Assembly: GCA_051954855.1 (NCBI GenBank)
Contig: JBQCHH010000008.1
Location: forward strand, 18,978 to 82,977
Source: Solirubrobacterales bacterium
GTDB taxonomy: Bacteria; Actinomycetota; Thermoleophilia; Solirubrobacterales; 70-9
Length of the DNA: 64,000 bases
Direction: 5' to 3'
Shown here: positions 37,637 to 45,850 of the stretch, one piece after another
Layout: each line of letters begins with the position of its first letter
How positions within the stretch are numbered: position 1 is the first letter of the stretch
Translations under genes and position numbers: made by a program
Notes under the pieces: generated by a model
What the model saw: the letters and a program-made list of their open reading frames with translations, nothing else
Databases searched by the model: none
Told to the model about the DNA's origin: nothing

Positions 37637-38105
37637 GGAGATCCCACAGATACCGGTTCGGCAGGCGACGGCGGAGGACGCCGCCGCGATCGCCCGGCTC
37701 CTGCACGACTTCAACACCGAGTTCTCAGAACCGACGCCCGGTGCTGAGGCCCTGACCGAACACGCCCGGCGCCTGCTGGAGGACGGCGAGATGGCGGTGC
37801 TGCTGGCCGGCGAGGGGCCGGACGGGCTCTCCCTGCTCCGCTTCCGCCTCTCGGTCTGGACCGGAGAGCCGGAAGCCCACCTGCAGGAGCTCTACGTCGT
37901 CCCCGACCTGCGCGGCCGCGGCATCGGCCGGGCGCTAATGGAGGCGACGATCGAGTTCGCCCGCGCCGCCGGCGCCACCAACCTCGACCTCAACACCGGC
38001 GAAACCGACACCGCCGCCCGCGCCCTCTACGAGAGCATGGGCTTCACCAATCGTGAAGGCGGCCCCGGAGGGCCGTCGATGCTCTTCTACGAGCGCGAGC
38101 TCTGA
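37635..38105 (+). CDS. GNAT family N-acetyltransferase
   Basis: ATG 37635, preceded by GGGAAGGGAG. IPVRQATAEDAAAIARLL, LYVVPDLRGRGIGRALM (Q/RxxGxG/A motif), NTGETDTAARALYESMGF. Confidence 0.8.
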   Translation: MEIPQIPVRQATAEDAAAIARLLHDFNTEFSEPTPGAEALTEHARRLLEDGEMAVLLAGEGPDGLSLLRFRLSVWTGEPEAHLQELYVVPDLRGRGIGRALMEATIEFARAAGATNLDLNTGETDTAARALYESMGFTNREGGPGGPSMLFYEREL

Positions 38106-38995
38106 GCCGTCAGCTCGGTGAAGCCGATCCCCTCCGGCGGCTGCACCCGCTCGGGGTGGAAGAGGTGGGCGAGCAGCTCGACGCCGTCGATGAGGCGGGG
38201 GCCGGGGCGGGAGAAGGTCGAGGCGGCGTCGACGGCGTAGATGCGTTGCGCGTCGAGTGAAGCCAGCCGCTCCCAGTGCTCCAGCGCCTGGGCGCGAGAG
38301 TCGTCGAGGTACCAGCCGCAGGGCATCGCCACGATCACGTCGGGAGCGAGACCTTGGAGGTCTCCCCACCCCACCTGCGGCGACTTCTCGCCAGCCCGGC
38401 CGGCGACATCGACGCCACCGGCGATCTCGATCATCTCCGGGATCCAGTGTCCGCCGAGGAACGGCGGATCGAGCCACTCGAGGGCCAGGACGCGCGGCCC
38501 ATCGGCGCCATCGACTGCGCCGCGGACCGCGTCCAGCCGCCGTTCAAGACCACTCCGCAACTCGCGCGCCCGCTCTTCGATGCCCGCCGCCTCGCCCAGG
38601 CGCGTCACGTCCTCGAGCACCTCTCCCAGGGTGCTCGGGTCCTGCTGCAGCACCTGCGGCCGGCTCGGCAGCCGCGCAGCCACCGCGACGACGTCGTCGT
38701 AGGAGACGGCGCAGACCTCGCAGACCGCCTGGGTGACGATCAGATCCGGCGCCAGCTCGGCCAAGCGCTCCTCGTCGAGGCTGTAGAGCGCGCGCCCTTC
38801 GCCGACCATCTCCTTCACCGCCGCGTCGATCTCGCCGGCAGATAGTCCAGCCGGCAGCACCGTCGCCGTCAGCTGCGGCAGCTCCGCCGCGGCCGGCGGC
38901 CAGTCGCACTCGTGGGTGACGCCGACCACGCTCTCGCCAAGGCCGAGCGCAAACAGCATCTCCGTCGCCGAGGGGACAAGGCCGGCGATCCTCAC
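38087..38995 (-). CDS. Periplasmic-binding-protein-fold protein (BtuF / Fe-siderophore-binding-like) without signal peptide
   Basis: MRIAGLVPSATEMLFALGLGESVVGVTHECDWP, APDLIV, PPFLGGHWIPEMIEIAGG, resembling cobalamin-binding-like PBP family members. GTG start. Tail-to-tail 19-nt overlap with the GNAT gene. Confidence 0.6.
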   Translation of the reverse strand: MRIAGLVPSATEMLFALGLGESVVGVTHECDWPPAAAELPQLTATVLPAGLSAGEIDAAVKEMVGEGRALYSLDEERLAELAPDLIVTQAVCEVCAVSYDDVVAVAARLPSRPQVLQQDPSTLGEVLEDVTRLGEAAGIEERARELRSGLERRLDAVRGAVDGADGPRVLALEWLDPPFLGGHWIPEMIEIAGGVDVAGRAGEKSPQVGWGDLQGLAPDVIVAMPCGWYLDDSRAQALEHWERLASLDAQRIYAVDAASTFSRPGPRLIDGVELLAHLFHPERVQPPEGIGFTELTAQSSRS

Positions 38996-39097
38996 GGCAC
39001 TACCTGAAACCTCAAGTATTCTTGATAAGTGGGAGCCTTCCTGCTACGACGAAGGCTCGTCCATGCGCCGACGCGGCGCTGAAGGAAAGGGAGAATC

Positions 39098-39697
39098 ATG
39101 AGACACCTGAAGATTGCCAGCCTTGCGGGATTGACGGCGCTGATCCTGTTGGCATTTGTTGGAGTTGCGACGGCACCGGCAACCGTCCTTTGCAAAACAG
39201 GAACCGCACCGTGCGGCGCTGGATGGACGCTAGGAGCGGGCGACACAATTGGAGCCACTCTTGAGGGCTCGTCCCATTGGGAACGGGAAGGGACTGAATT
39301 CGCCACATGCACCGAAGGGATGTTTGTGATTAAACTCGAAAACCCTGGCAGTGCCGCGGAAACAGTACACGGCATCTTCAGTAGCATATCCATAAAAAAC
39401 TGCACCAATACAGTGGACACTGTAACGAATGGGCCGATTGAAGTCCATGCTATTCCCGGAAGTTCCAATGGCACACTCACAGGCAAAGCCATATTCCGAA
39501 TGCAGTTCTTCGGAATAACTTGCACCTACGGTGGGAGTGGTGACCTTGGCACGCTCACAGCAGGATCGACGGCAACACTCGACGTTAATCTGAAGATTCC
39601 TAAGGAAGAAGGCGGCATTCTCTGTCCAAGCGAAATGGAATGGGGAGCTAGATACACGGTAACCAGCCCCCTCCCCCTCTTTGTGACTGCCTCATAA
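39098..39697 (+). CDS. Small secreted Cys-rich protein, unknown family (copy A), in a low-GC islet
   Basis: Signal peptide MRHLKIASLAGLTALILLAFVGVATA and six Cys in the mature part. A/T-ending codons (ACA, GGA, ATA, AAA, GTA, ATT) are unlike all neighbours. Paralogue of 45851..46459. SD AAGGGAGA. Confidence 0.7.
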   Translation: MRHLKIASLAGLTALILLAFVGVATAPATVLCKTGTAPCGAGWTLGAGDTIGATLEGSSHWEREGTEFATCTEGMFVIKLENPGSAAETVHGIFSSISIKNCTNTVDTVTNGPIEVHAIPGSSNGTLTGKAIFRMQFFGITCTYGGSGDLGTLTAGSTATLDVNLKIPKEEGGILCPSEMEWGARYTVTSPLPLFVTAS

Positions 39698-39711
39698 GCA
39701 GTGATTAGGAC

Positions 39712-39755
39712 CTCACCCTGTCCCGTCGTCATCTGCGGTCGCGGGACAGGGTGAG
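39712..39755. terminator. Hairpin with a 14-bp perfect stem between convergent genes
   Basis: CTCACCCTGTCCCG (39712-39725), a 16-nt loop, then CGGGACAGGGTGAG (39742-39755). Confidence 0.5.
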
Positions 39756-39768
39756 CTGACACTGAGGC

Positions 39769-40637
39769 TTATGCCCCGGCAGCCAGCAGCGCTGCTGCGC
39801 CGCCTTCCATGCCGGCCTTGTTGGGGTGGAGCGGGGCGGCTAGTTCGCCTGGGGCCAGGGGTTCGACCCAGCGGGTTGAGCTGCCCTTGCAGGCGTCGTG
39901 GCCAATGCTGGCGTTGTACCAATTGACCAGCGTTGCTCCGTTTGCCGCGGCCTGGGTTGCGAGCATCGAGTCGAGGCGCTGCTCGGTCGAGCGCAGGTAG
40001 GGCACGTCCTGGAACCCGATCGGCATCTGCGGCCAGCAGCCGGACCCGGTCTCGGGGAAGATCGCCGGGTAATTGACGACGTAGATTTTCGCCAGGGGCG
40101 AGCGGGCGTGGATGCCCTGCAGCACCGCCGCGACCTTTGGCGCCGTCGCTTCGATTCGTGCCTTGAGCTGGTCGACCCCGCCGGCGTCGTACTTGTCGAG
40201 GCAGGGGTGGCTGAACGGGTTCAGGGTGATGCAGCTCTCCGCGACTTCGGAGAAGCCGATGTCGTTGCCGCCGATCGTCAGCGAGACGACCGTCGTTTCG
40301 GCGTTGAGCGAGTTGAACTGCGGCGGGTTCGGCCCGTCGATTTCGACGCTCTGCGGTTCGGTCATGTCAGCAGTGGTCGCGCCGCTGCAGCTCGCGTCCC
40401 GCAGCGTCAGCCGATCCCCGGTGCCGCGAGATGGGGGTAGTTGTGGTCCGACTTGAGGCAGCCGAGCGGCAGGACCGGGTTCGGGATCAGCGGCCCGGCC
40501 GCGTAGGAGTCGCCGAGCGCGACGTAGTCGGCGGCCCGCGCTCCGACCGCCGTGGCGGCGGCGAGCGTCAGCGCTGCCAGTGCTAGTAGAAGCAGCCACA
40601 GCGCCTGCCGGCTGCGGCTGGGAATTGACTGGTTCAT
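39769..40637 (-). pseudogene. SGNH/GDSL-family secreted lipase/esterase, interrupted by a frameshift (or a sequencing error)
   Basis: Signal peptide and block I (ADYVALGDSYAAG...NYPHLAA) lie in ORF 40407..40637. Blocks II-V (ASCSGATT, LTIGGNDIGF, YVVNYP, ...HPNKAG) lie in the frame of ORF 39769..40713. The frames meet near 40415-40425 at a CCGGGG run. Confidence 0.6.
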
Positions 40638-40759
40638 GTACCTCTCCTTCCGGTTGATTGCCCTGCCGCTCCCCGGGTATGGTCAAGATAGTTTGGGGTG
40701 CGTCGAAGCGCAACCCTGCAAACTTTTGGGTACCCAGTCATTCGATCCGGAGGAGAACC

Positions 40760-41659
40760 ATGCGCCGTAACCTCATTGCCCTACTTGCGTTCCTTGCCGT
40801 CTTAGCCGCCGTTCCCGCCGGCGCCAACGCCGAACTGCCGGTGATCTACAACGGCGTCTACGGCTACGCCCACGTCAGCCCGACCGCGAGCCCGCCCGGC
40901 GCCAACGACTGGTCCTGCCAGCCGAGCGCCGCCCACCCGCGGCCGGTGGTTCTCGTCCACGGCACCTTCGCCGACATGTCCGACAGCTGGCAGGCGCTCT
41001 CGCCGCTGCTGAAGAACAACGGCTGGTGCGTCTTCGCCCTCAACTACGGCTCCTACGACGGCAGCGGCGCGCTCGGCGTCTACGGCGTCGGCGAGATCCG
41101 CAACTCGGCGCAGGAACTCTCCGCCTTCGTCGACAAAGTCCTCACCGCCACCGGTGCCGGCGAAGTCGACATGGTCGGTCACTCGCAGGGCGGGATGATG
41201 CCGCGCTACTACCTCAAGTTCCTCGGCGGGGCGGAAAAGGTCCACACCCTCGTCGGCCTCTCGCCCTCCAACCACGGCACCACCCTCGACGGGATCGGCG
41301 TCCTCGCCCGCTTCTTCCCGGGCGCCGAACAGTTCACCGGCGCGCTCTGCCCGGCTTGCGAAGAGCAGCTCGTCGGCTCGGCGTTCCTCAACGAACTGAA
41401 CGCCGGCGGCGACACGGTGCCAGGGGTCGAATACACGGTGATTCAGACCCGCTACGACCAGGTCGTCACCCCGTACACCTCGGCCTTCCTCAGCGGCGCC
41501 GACAACGTCCTGCTGCAGAACCAGTGCGTGCTCGACCTCGGCGACCACCTCTCGATGCCGTACGACCACATCGCCGACGCCGACGTGCTGACGGCGCTGG
41601 ACCCGGCGCACCCGCGCCACCCGCTCTGCACCCCGATCCTGCCGACGTCAGGGGGCTGA
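40760..41659 (+). CDS. Secreted alpha/beta-hydrolase lipase/esterase
   Basis: ATG 40760 with GGAGGAG upstream. Signal peptide MRRNLIALLAFLAVLAAVPAGANA, then VVLVHGTFAD and the nucleophile elbow VGHSQGG. Confidence 0.75.
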   Translation: MRRNLIALLAFLAVLAAVPAGANAELPVIYNGVYGYAHVSPTASPPGANDWSCQPSAAHPRPVVLVHGTFADMSDSWQALSPLLKNNGWCVFALNYGSYDGSGALGVYGVGEIRNSAQELSAFVDKVLTATGAGEVDMVGHSQGGMMPRYYLKFLGGAEKVHTLVGLSPSNHGTTLDGIGVLARFFPGAEQFTGALCPACEEQLVGSAFLNELNAGGDTVPGVEYTVIQTRYDQVVTPYTSAFLSGADNVLLQNQCVLDLGDHLSMPYDHIADADVLTALDPAHPRHPLCTPILPTSGG

Positions 41660-41668
41660 GCAGACTTC

Positions 41669-42964
41669 CTACTGCGAGCCGTTTTCCCCGCCGCGGTATG
41701 GCCCCGGCTTCGGCCGGGGCTTGCCGCCGGGGAAGGCGAGCCGCAGGATCGTCCGCTGCACCATCCCCAGCTGCTGCATCAGGGGGCCGCTGTTGTACGG
41801 GAGGCCGTAGCGCTCACAGACGTCTTTGACCTGGGGGGCGATCTCCGCGTAGCGGGTGCTCGGCATGTCCGGGAAGAGGTGGTGCTCGACCTGGTAGCCG
41901 AGATTGCCGCTGGCGACGTGGAAGAGAGGGCTGCCCTCGATGTTGGCCGAGCCAGAGAGCTGGCGCACGTACCAGCCGCCGCGACTCTCGTTCTCGACCT
42001 CCTTCTCGGAGAAGGTGTAGGTCTGGTCGGGGAAGTGGCCGCAGAAGATGATCGCGTAGGCCCAGACGTTGCGGACGATGTTGGCGGTGGCGTTGGCCTT
42101 GGCGGTGGCGCGGAAGGTCCTGCTGCCACTGTCCAAGGCGGCTTCCACCACCGGCGCCCAGCGACTCTGTCGTCTCCGCCTCGCCCGTCCCAGGAGACCG
42201 CGCGGCTGCTTGCGCTGCCGCCTCGTCTCCACCACCGCGTCGACGGCCGTTGCCGCCAGGGCGCTGACCAGCGGCCAGGCGATGTAATCCTTGACGACCT
42301 GGCTGCGGGCCTTGCCGGCGATCCCTTTCAGCTCCCGCTTCAGCTGCGACTTCGACTTCTCCCCTTTGCGGATCGCCTCGAAGTCGAGGTCGTGCAGCGC
42401 CACGCCCCACTCGAACAGCGCCATCAGGATCAGGTTGTAGAAGGGCTGCAGGAGGTAGACCGGGTGCCAGTGCTGGGCGGGGTCGATCCGCATGATCTCG
42501 TAGCCGAGGTCCTTGTCTTTGCCGCGGATGTTGGTGTAGGTGTGGTGGACGTAGTTGTGGGAGTGCTTCCAGGCCTCGGCGGTGGAGGCGGTGTCCCAGT
42601 CCCAGGTGGAGGAGTGGATGCGCGGGTCGTTCATCCAGTCCCACTGGCCGTGCATGACGTTGTGGCCGATCTCCATGTTCTCGAGGATCTTCGCCGCCGA
42701 GAGGGCCGAGGTCCCGGCTGCCCAGAGGGCCCGGTTGCGGGAGCCGAGCAGGAGCGCGCGGCCGAGCACGGCGAGGCGCCGCTGCATCGCGATCATGCTC
42801 TCGATGTAGCGGCGGTCGCGGTCGCCGAGCTCGGCCATGACCCGGTCGCGGATAGCGTCGAACTCGCGGCCCAACTCCTCCAGTTGCTCCTCGCTGAGGT
42901 GCGCAAGCGGGCTCTCCTCATGAGTGTCGGGGGGGGGAGTGCTGGGAAGTGCCGTCGTAGTCAT
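41669..42964 (-). CDS. Membrane fatty-acyl desaturase (DesA3-like, histidine-box di-iron)
   Basis: Start MTTTALPS (ATG is the complement of 42962-42964). His boxes HNVMHGQWD, HSHNYVHHTYTN, QVEHHLFP. The ORF-track extension to 43459 overlaps the reductase gene and was rejected. Confidence 0.85.
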   Translation of the reverse strand: MTTTALPSTPPPDTHEESPLAHLSEEQLEELGREFDAIRDRVMAELGDRDRRYIESMIAMQRRLAVLGRALLLGSRNRALWAAGTSALSAAKILENMEIGHNVMHGQWDWMNDPRIHSSTWDWDTASTAEAWKHSHNYVHHTYTNIRGKDKDLGYEIMRIDPAQHWHPVYLLQPFYNLILMALFEWGVALHDLDFEAIRKGEKSKSQLKRELKGIAGKARSQVVKDYIAWPLVSALAATAVDAVVETRRQRKQPRGLLGRARRRRQSRWAPVVEAALDSGSRTFRATAKANATANIVRNVWAYAIIFCGHFPDQTYTFSEKEVENESRGGWYVRQLSGSANIEGSPLFHVASGNLGYQVEHHLFPDMPSTRYAEIAPQVKDVCERYGLPYNSGPLMQQLGMVQRTILRLAFPGGKPRPKPGPYRGGENGSQ

Positions 42965-42975
42965 CTGTTCACCTT

Positions 42976-44073
42976 TCAAAGTGCGATCGCAACGTCGCCT
43001 TCCGGCGCGTTGACACAAGTTCGGACCATTTCTCCCTCTTGCCCATAGACCTCGCCGGTCCGCAGGTCCCTTACTTCGCCGGCGCAGAGCCGGCCGATGC
43101 AGGTGTGGCAGATCCCCATCCGGCAGCCGAACGGCAACTCCGCGCCGGCTTCCTCGCCGGCCACGAGGATCGGAGTGCCGCCGTCGCATTCCGCCTCGAC
43201 CCCGCTGGAGAGAAAGCGGATCGCGCCGCCCTCTCCGGCCACCGCGCCGCCGCCGATCACCGGCTGGAAGCGCTCCATCTCCAGTAGCTCGGGGTCCCCC
43301 TCCTCGCGCCAGTGCTGGACGAGCGCGTCGAGCATCTCGCCCGGACCGGAGGCGAAGGCGTGGCGCGCTCGCCAGTCGGGGCAGAGCTCGTCGAGGTGAG
43401 CCGGCGCGACACGCCCCGCCTCGCTGGTGATGCGCAGGTGCGGCCGGTAGCCGTCGCAACGGTGGTCGAGATCACGTAGCTGCTCGCCGAAGATGACGCC
43501 CTCGACGGTGCGCGAGGAGTGGATGTGGACGACGTCGTGCATCGCTTCATCGCGGTCAAGGCTGCGCAGCATGCTCATGATCGGCGTGATGCCGCTGCCG
43601 GCGCTGATGAAGAGGAGCCGCCGCGGCGGCGGGTCGGGCAAGACGAAAGTTCCTTCGACGCCGCCGAGGCGAACGATGTCCCCCGGCCGCGCCTGCCGCA
43701 CCAGGTAGGGGGAGACGACGCCGGATTCGACCAGCTTCGGGGTGATCCCGATCAGCCCGTCGGGCCGGCCGGGATCGGTCGTCAGCGAGTAGGCGCGCCA
43801 GTGGTGGACGCCGTCGACCACCACCCCGATCCGCAGGTACTGCCCGGGCCGGTGGCCCATCCATTCGTATCCGGGGCGGATCAGGACGGTGACCGCATCC
43901 GGCGTCTCGCGCTCGATCCGCTCGATCCGGCCGCGCAGCTCCTGCGTCGACCAGAGTGGGTTGATCAGTTCGAGGTAGTCGTCGGGCAGCAGCGGCGTGA
44001 ACAGGGAGCGCACCGCGCCCAGCGCGCGACGGCGAGTCTTGGAGACGTTGGGTTTGGCGCCCTGCTCAGCCAT
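42976..44073 (-). CDS. Ferredoxin-NAD(P) reductase-type oxidoreductase with C-terminal 2Fe-2S domain (Rv3230c-like desaturase partner)
   Basis: RAYSL (FAD RxYS), GGVEG, LFISAGSGITPIMSML (NAD), CRMGICHTCIGRLCAG...C (plant-type ferredoxin cysteines). Confidence 0.85.
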   Translation of the reverse strand: MAEQGAKPNVSKTRRRALGAVRSLFTPLLPDDYLELINPLWSTQELRGRIERIERETPDAVTVLIRPGYEWMGHRPGQYLRIGVVVDGVHHWRAYSLTTDPGRPDGLIGITPKLVESGVVSPYLVRQARPGDIVRLGGVEGTFVLPDPPPRRLLFISAGSGITPIMSMLRSLDRDEAMHDVVHIHSSRTVEGVIFGEQLRDLDHRCDGYRPHLRITSEAGRVAPAHLDELCPDWRARHAFASGPGEMLDALVQHWREEGDPELLEMERFQPVIGGGAVAGEGGAIRFLSSGVEAECDGGTPILVAGEEAGAELPFGCRMGICHTCIGRLCAGEVRDLRTGEVYGQEGEMVRTCVNAPEGDVAIAL

Positions 44074-44144
44074 GGCTCATGATTGCACGGATCGGTGTAA
44101 TCGTTCTGTGAAGGCGATCACTCCTATACCCGCCTGGGCGGGAC

Positions 44145-45671
44145 TCAGTCGATCAGCTTGACGTCGCTGATTTCCACCTGGTAGCGGCCTTCCTGATCCT
44201 GCGCCGGGGCCGCTTTGTTGAACCAGATCAAGAAGTACCGGGCGGGCGCTTCCAGGTGGAGCTCGACTTCGTTCAGCTCCTTGGCGTCGCTGACGGTGGC
44301 GACCGGTTCGCCCCAGCCCTGCAGTTCTTCCGGCGGTCCGGAGGCGGCGACGAAGATCTCCGCGTCCCAGCCGGGGGAGGGGGTGCGGATGATCATTTCC
44401 GCCGGCTTCACGGCTGACTTGGTGATGACGTAAAGACCGACGCCAGGATCGGGGCCGGTCTTGGTCCCGGCGAAGGTGGGACTGTCGTAGTGCTCGCTGC
44501 TCCAGGCGGTGCCGGTCGGATTGCCGTCGATCGCCAAGCCGATCTCTTCCGGGTCCTCTTCGCCGTCCCCCTGTGGGTCGTAGTCGGAGACGCCGGAGAG
44601 CGGGATCGGGCTGCCCTTGCCCTTGAGGGCACCGCCCCCGCCCCCGCTCTCGCCGCTGCCGATCAGCTGCACGGCCAGCAGGGCCGCGCCGGCGGCGAGG
44701 ACGAGCAGCGCGATCGCCAGCCGGGAGCGCCGGCGGCCGCCGTTGAGCTTGCGTTCGGCCGGCGGCACCGCCTCCAGCACGGTCGTCGCCTCGCCGGTCG
44801 CCGAGCCCGCCCGCGCCGCCTCGACTTCGAGCGCGGTCGCCAGGTCGGCGATCAGCTCGCCGACCTCCTGGTAGCGCTCGGTCGGGTCCTTGGCGGTCGC
44901 CCGCTCGACCGTCATCGCCGCCGCGGCCGAGAGCTCCGGCCGGCGCTGCTGGACGTCGGGCAGCTCTTCGTTGACGTGTTTCATCGCCACCCCGACCTGA
45001 CTGTCGGCGTGGAAGGGGACCTGGCCGATCAGCATCTCGTAGAGGACGACGCCGAGCGAGTAGATGTCGGAGCGCTGGTCGACCGGGTGGCCCATCGCCT
45101 GCTCGGGGGAGACGTAGTCGGTGGTGCCGAGGACGCGGCCGGTCGCGGTCATCCCGTCCTGCTCGAGCTGGCGCGAGATGCCGAAGTCGGTCAGCTTCGC
45201 CCGCCCCTCGGAGTCGATCAGCACGTTCTGCGGCTTGATGTCGCGGTGGACCATCCTGCGGGCGTGGGCGACGGTGAGCCCGCGGGCGATCTCGATCGCA
45301 TAGGCGAGCGCCTCCTGGGCGTCGAGTGCGCCGACCCGGTTGATCCGCTGCTTCAGCGTCTCTCCCTCGACGTATTCGAAGACAATGTAGGGGTGGCCGC
45401 CGTCCTCGCCGGCGTCGATCACGGCGACGACGTTGGGGTGCGAGAGCTTCGCCACCGCCCGCGCCTCCTGCCGGAAGCGCTCCAGCTGGTCGGCCTGCTC
45501 GGACATCTCCCGGTGCATCACCTTCACCGCCACCGGGCGGTCGAGCGTCGTATCCCGCGCCAGATACACGGTCGACATCCCGCCGCTGCCCAGCTTCGCC
45601 TCCAGCTTGTAGCGCCCGGAGAGCACGGTCCCGATCATCTGCGAGCTGGGGGAGGAGGCCGGGTCGGTCAC
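44145..45671 (-). CDS. Ser/Thr protein kinase with one TM helix and an unassigned ~190-aa extracellular domain
   Basis: LGSGGMSTVYLA, AVKVM, HRDIKPQNVL, DFGIS, GTTDYVSPEQ. TM helix LAIALLVLAAGAALLAV. Start uncertain: 45731 ATG, 45671 GTG or 45638 ATG. Confidence 0.8.
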   Translation of the reverse strand: MTDPASSPSSQMIGTVLSGRYKLEAKLGSGGMSTVYLARDTTLDRPVAVKVMHREMSEQADQLERFRQEARAVAKLSHPNVVAVIDAGEDGGHPYIVFEYVEGETLKQRINRVGALDAQEALAYAIEIARGLTVAHARRMVHRDIKPQNVLIDSEGRAKLTDFGISRQLEQDGMTATGRVLGTTDYVSPEQAMGHPVDQRSDIYSLGVVLYEMLIGQVPFHADSQVGVAMKHVNEELPDVQQRRPELSAAAAMTVERATAKDPTERYQEVGELIADLATALEVEAARAGSATGEATTVLEAVPPAERKLNGGRRRSRLAIALLVLAAGAALLAVQLIGSGESGGGGGALKGKGSPIPLSGVSDYDPQGDGEEDPEEIGLAIDGNPTGTAWSSEHYDSPTFAGTKTGPDPGVGLYVITKSAVKPAEMIIRTPSPGWDAEIFVAASGPPEELQGWGEPVATVSDAKELNEVELHLEAPARYFLIWFNKAAPAQDQEGRYQVEISDVKLID

Positions 45672-45850
45672 TTGCGGGACAACGTTACGACGCAGGCGGG
45701 ATGAGCGCCATTTGCAGCCATCTTCGGGCATGCATCCATGCAGAAGGATGTTTTAGGTACGCATTCGTTTTTGACTACTTCTTCTTGTGGGACTACTAAT
45801 AGAGGCAAACGATCCGGCGTCCTCAGGGCGCCGGCTAAGGGAGAGATCAA

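Noticed and set aside
42965-43459. N-terminal 165-aa extension of the desaturase ORF (41669..43459)
   Set aside because: The extension overlaps the 2Fe-2S reductase gene in another frame and is Arg/Gly-rich nonsense. ATG at 42964, with AAGGTG upstream, gives a normal desaturase N-terminus.
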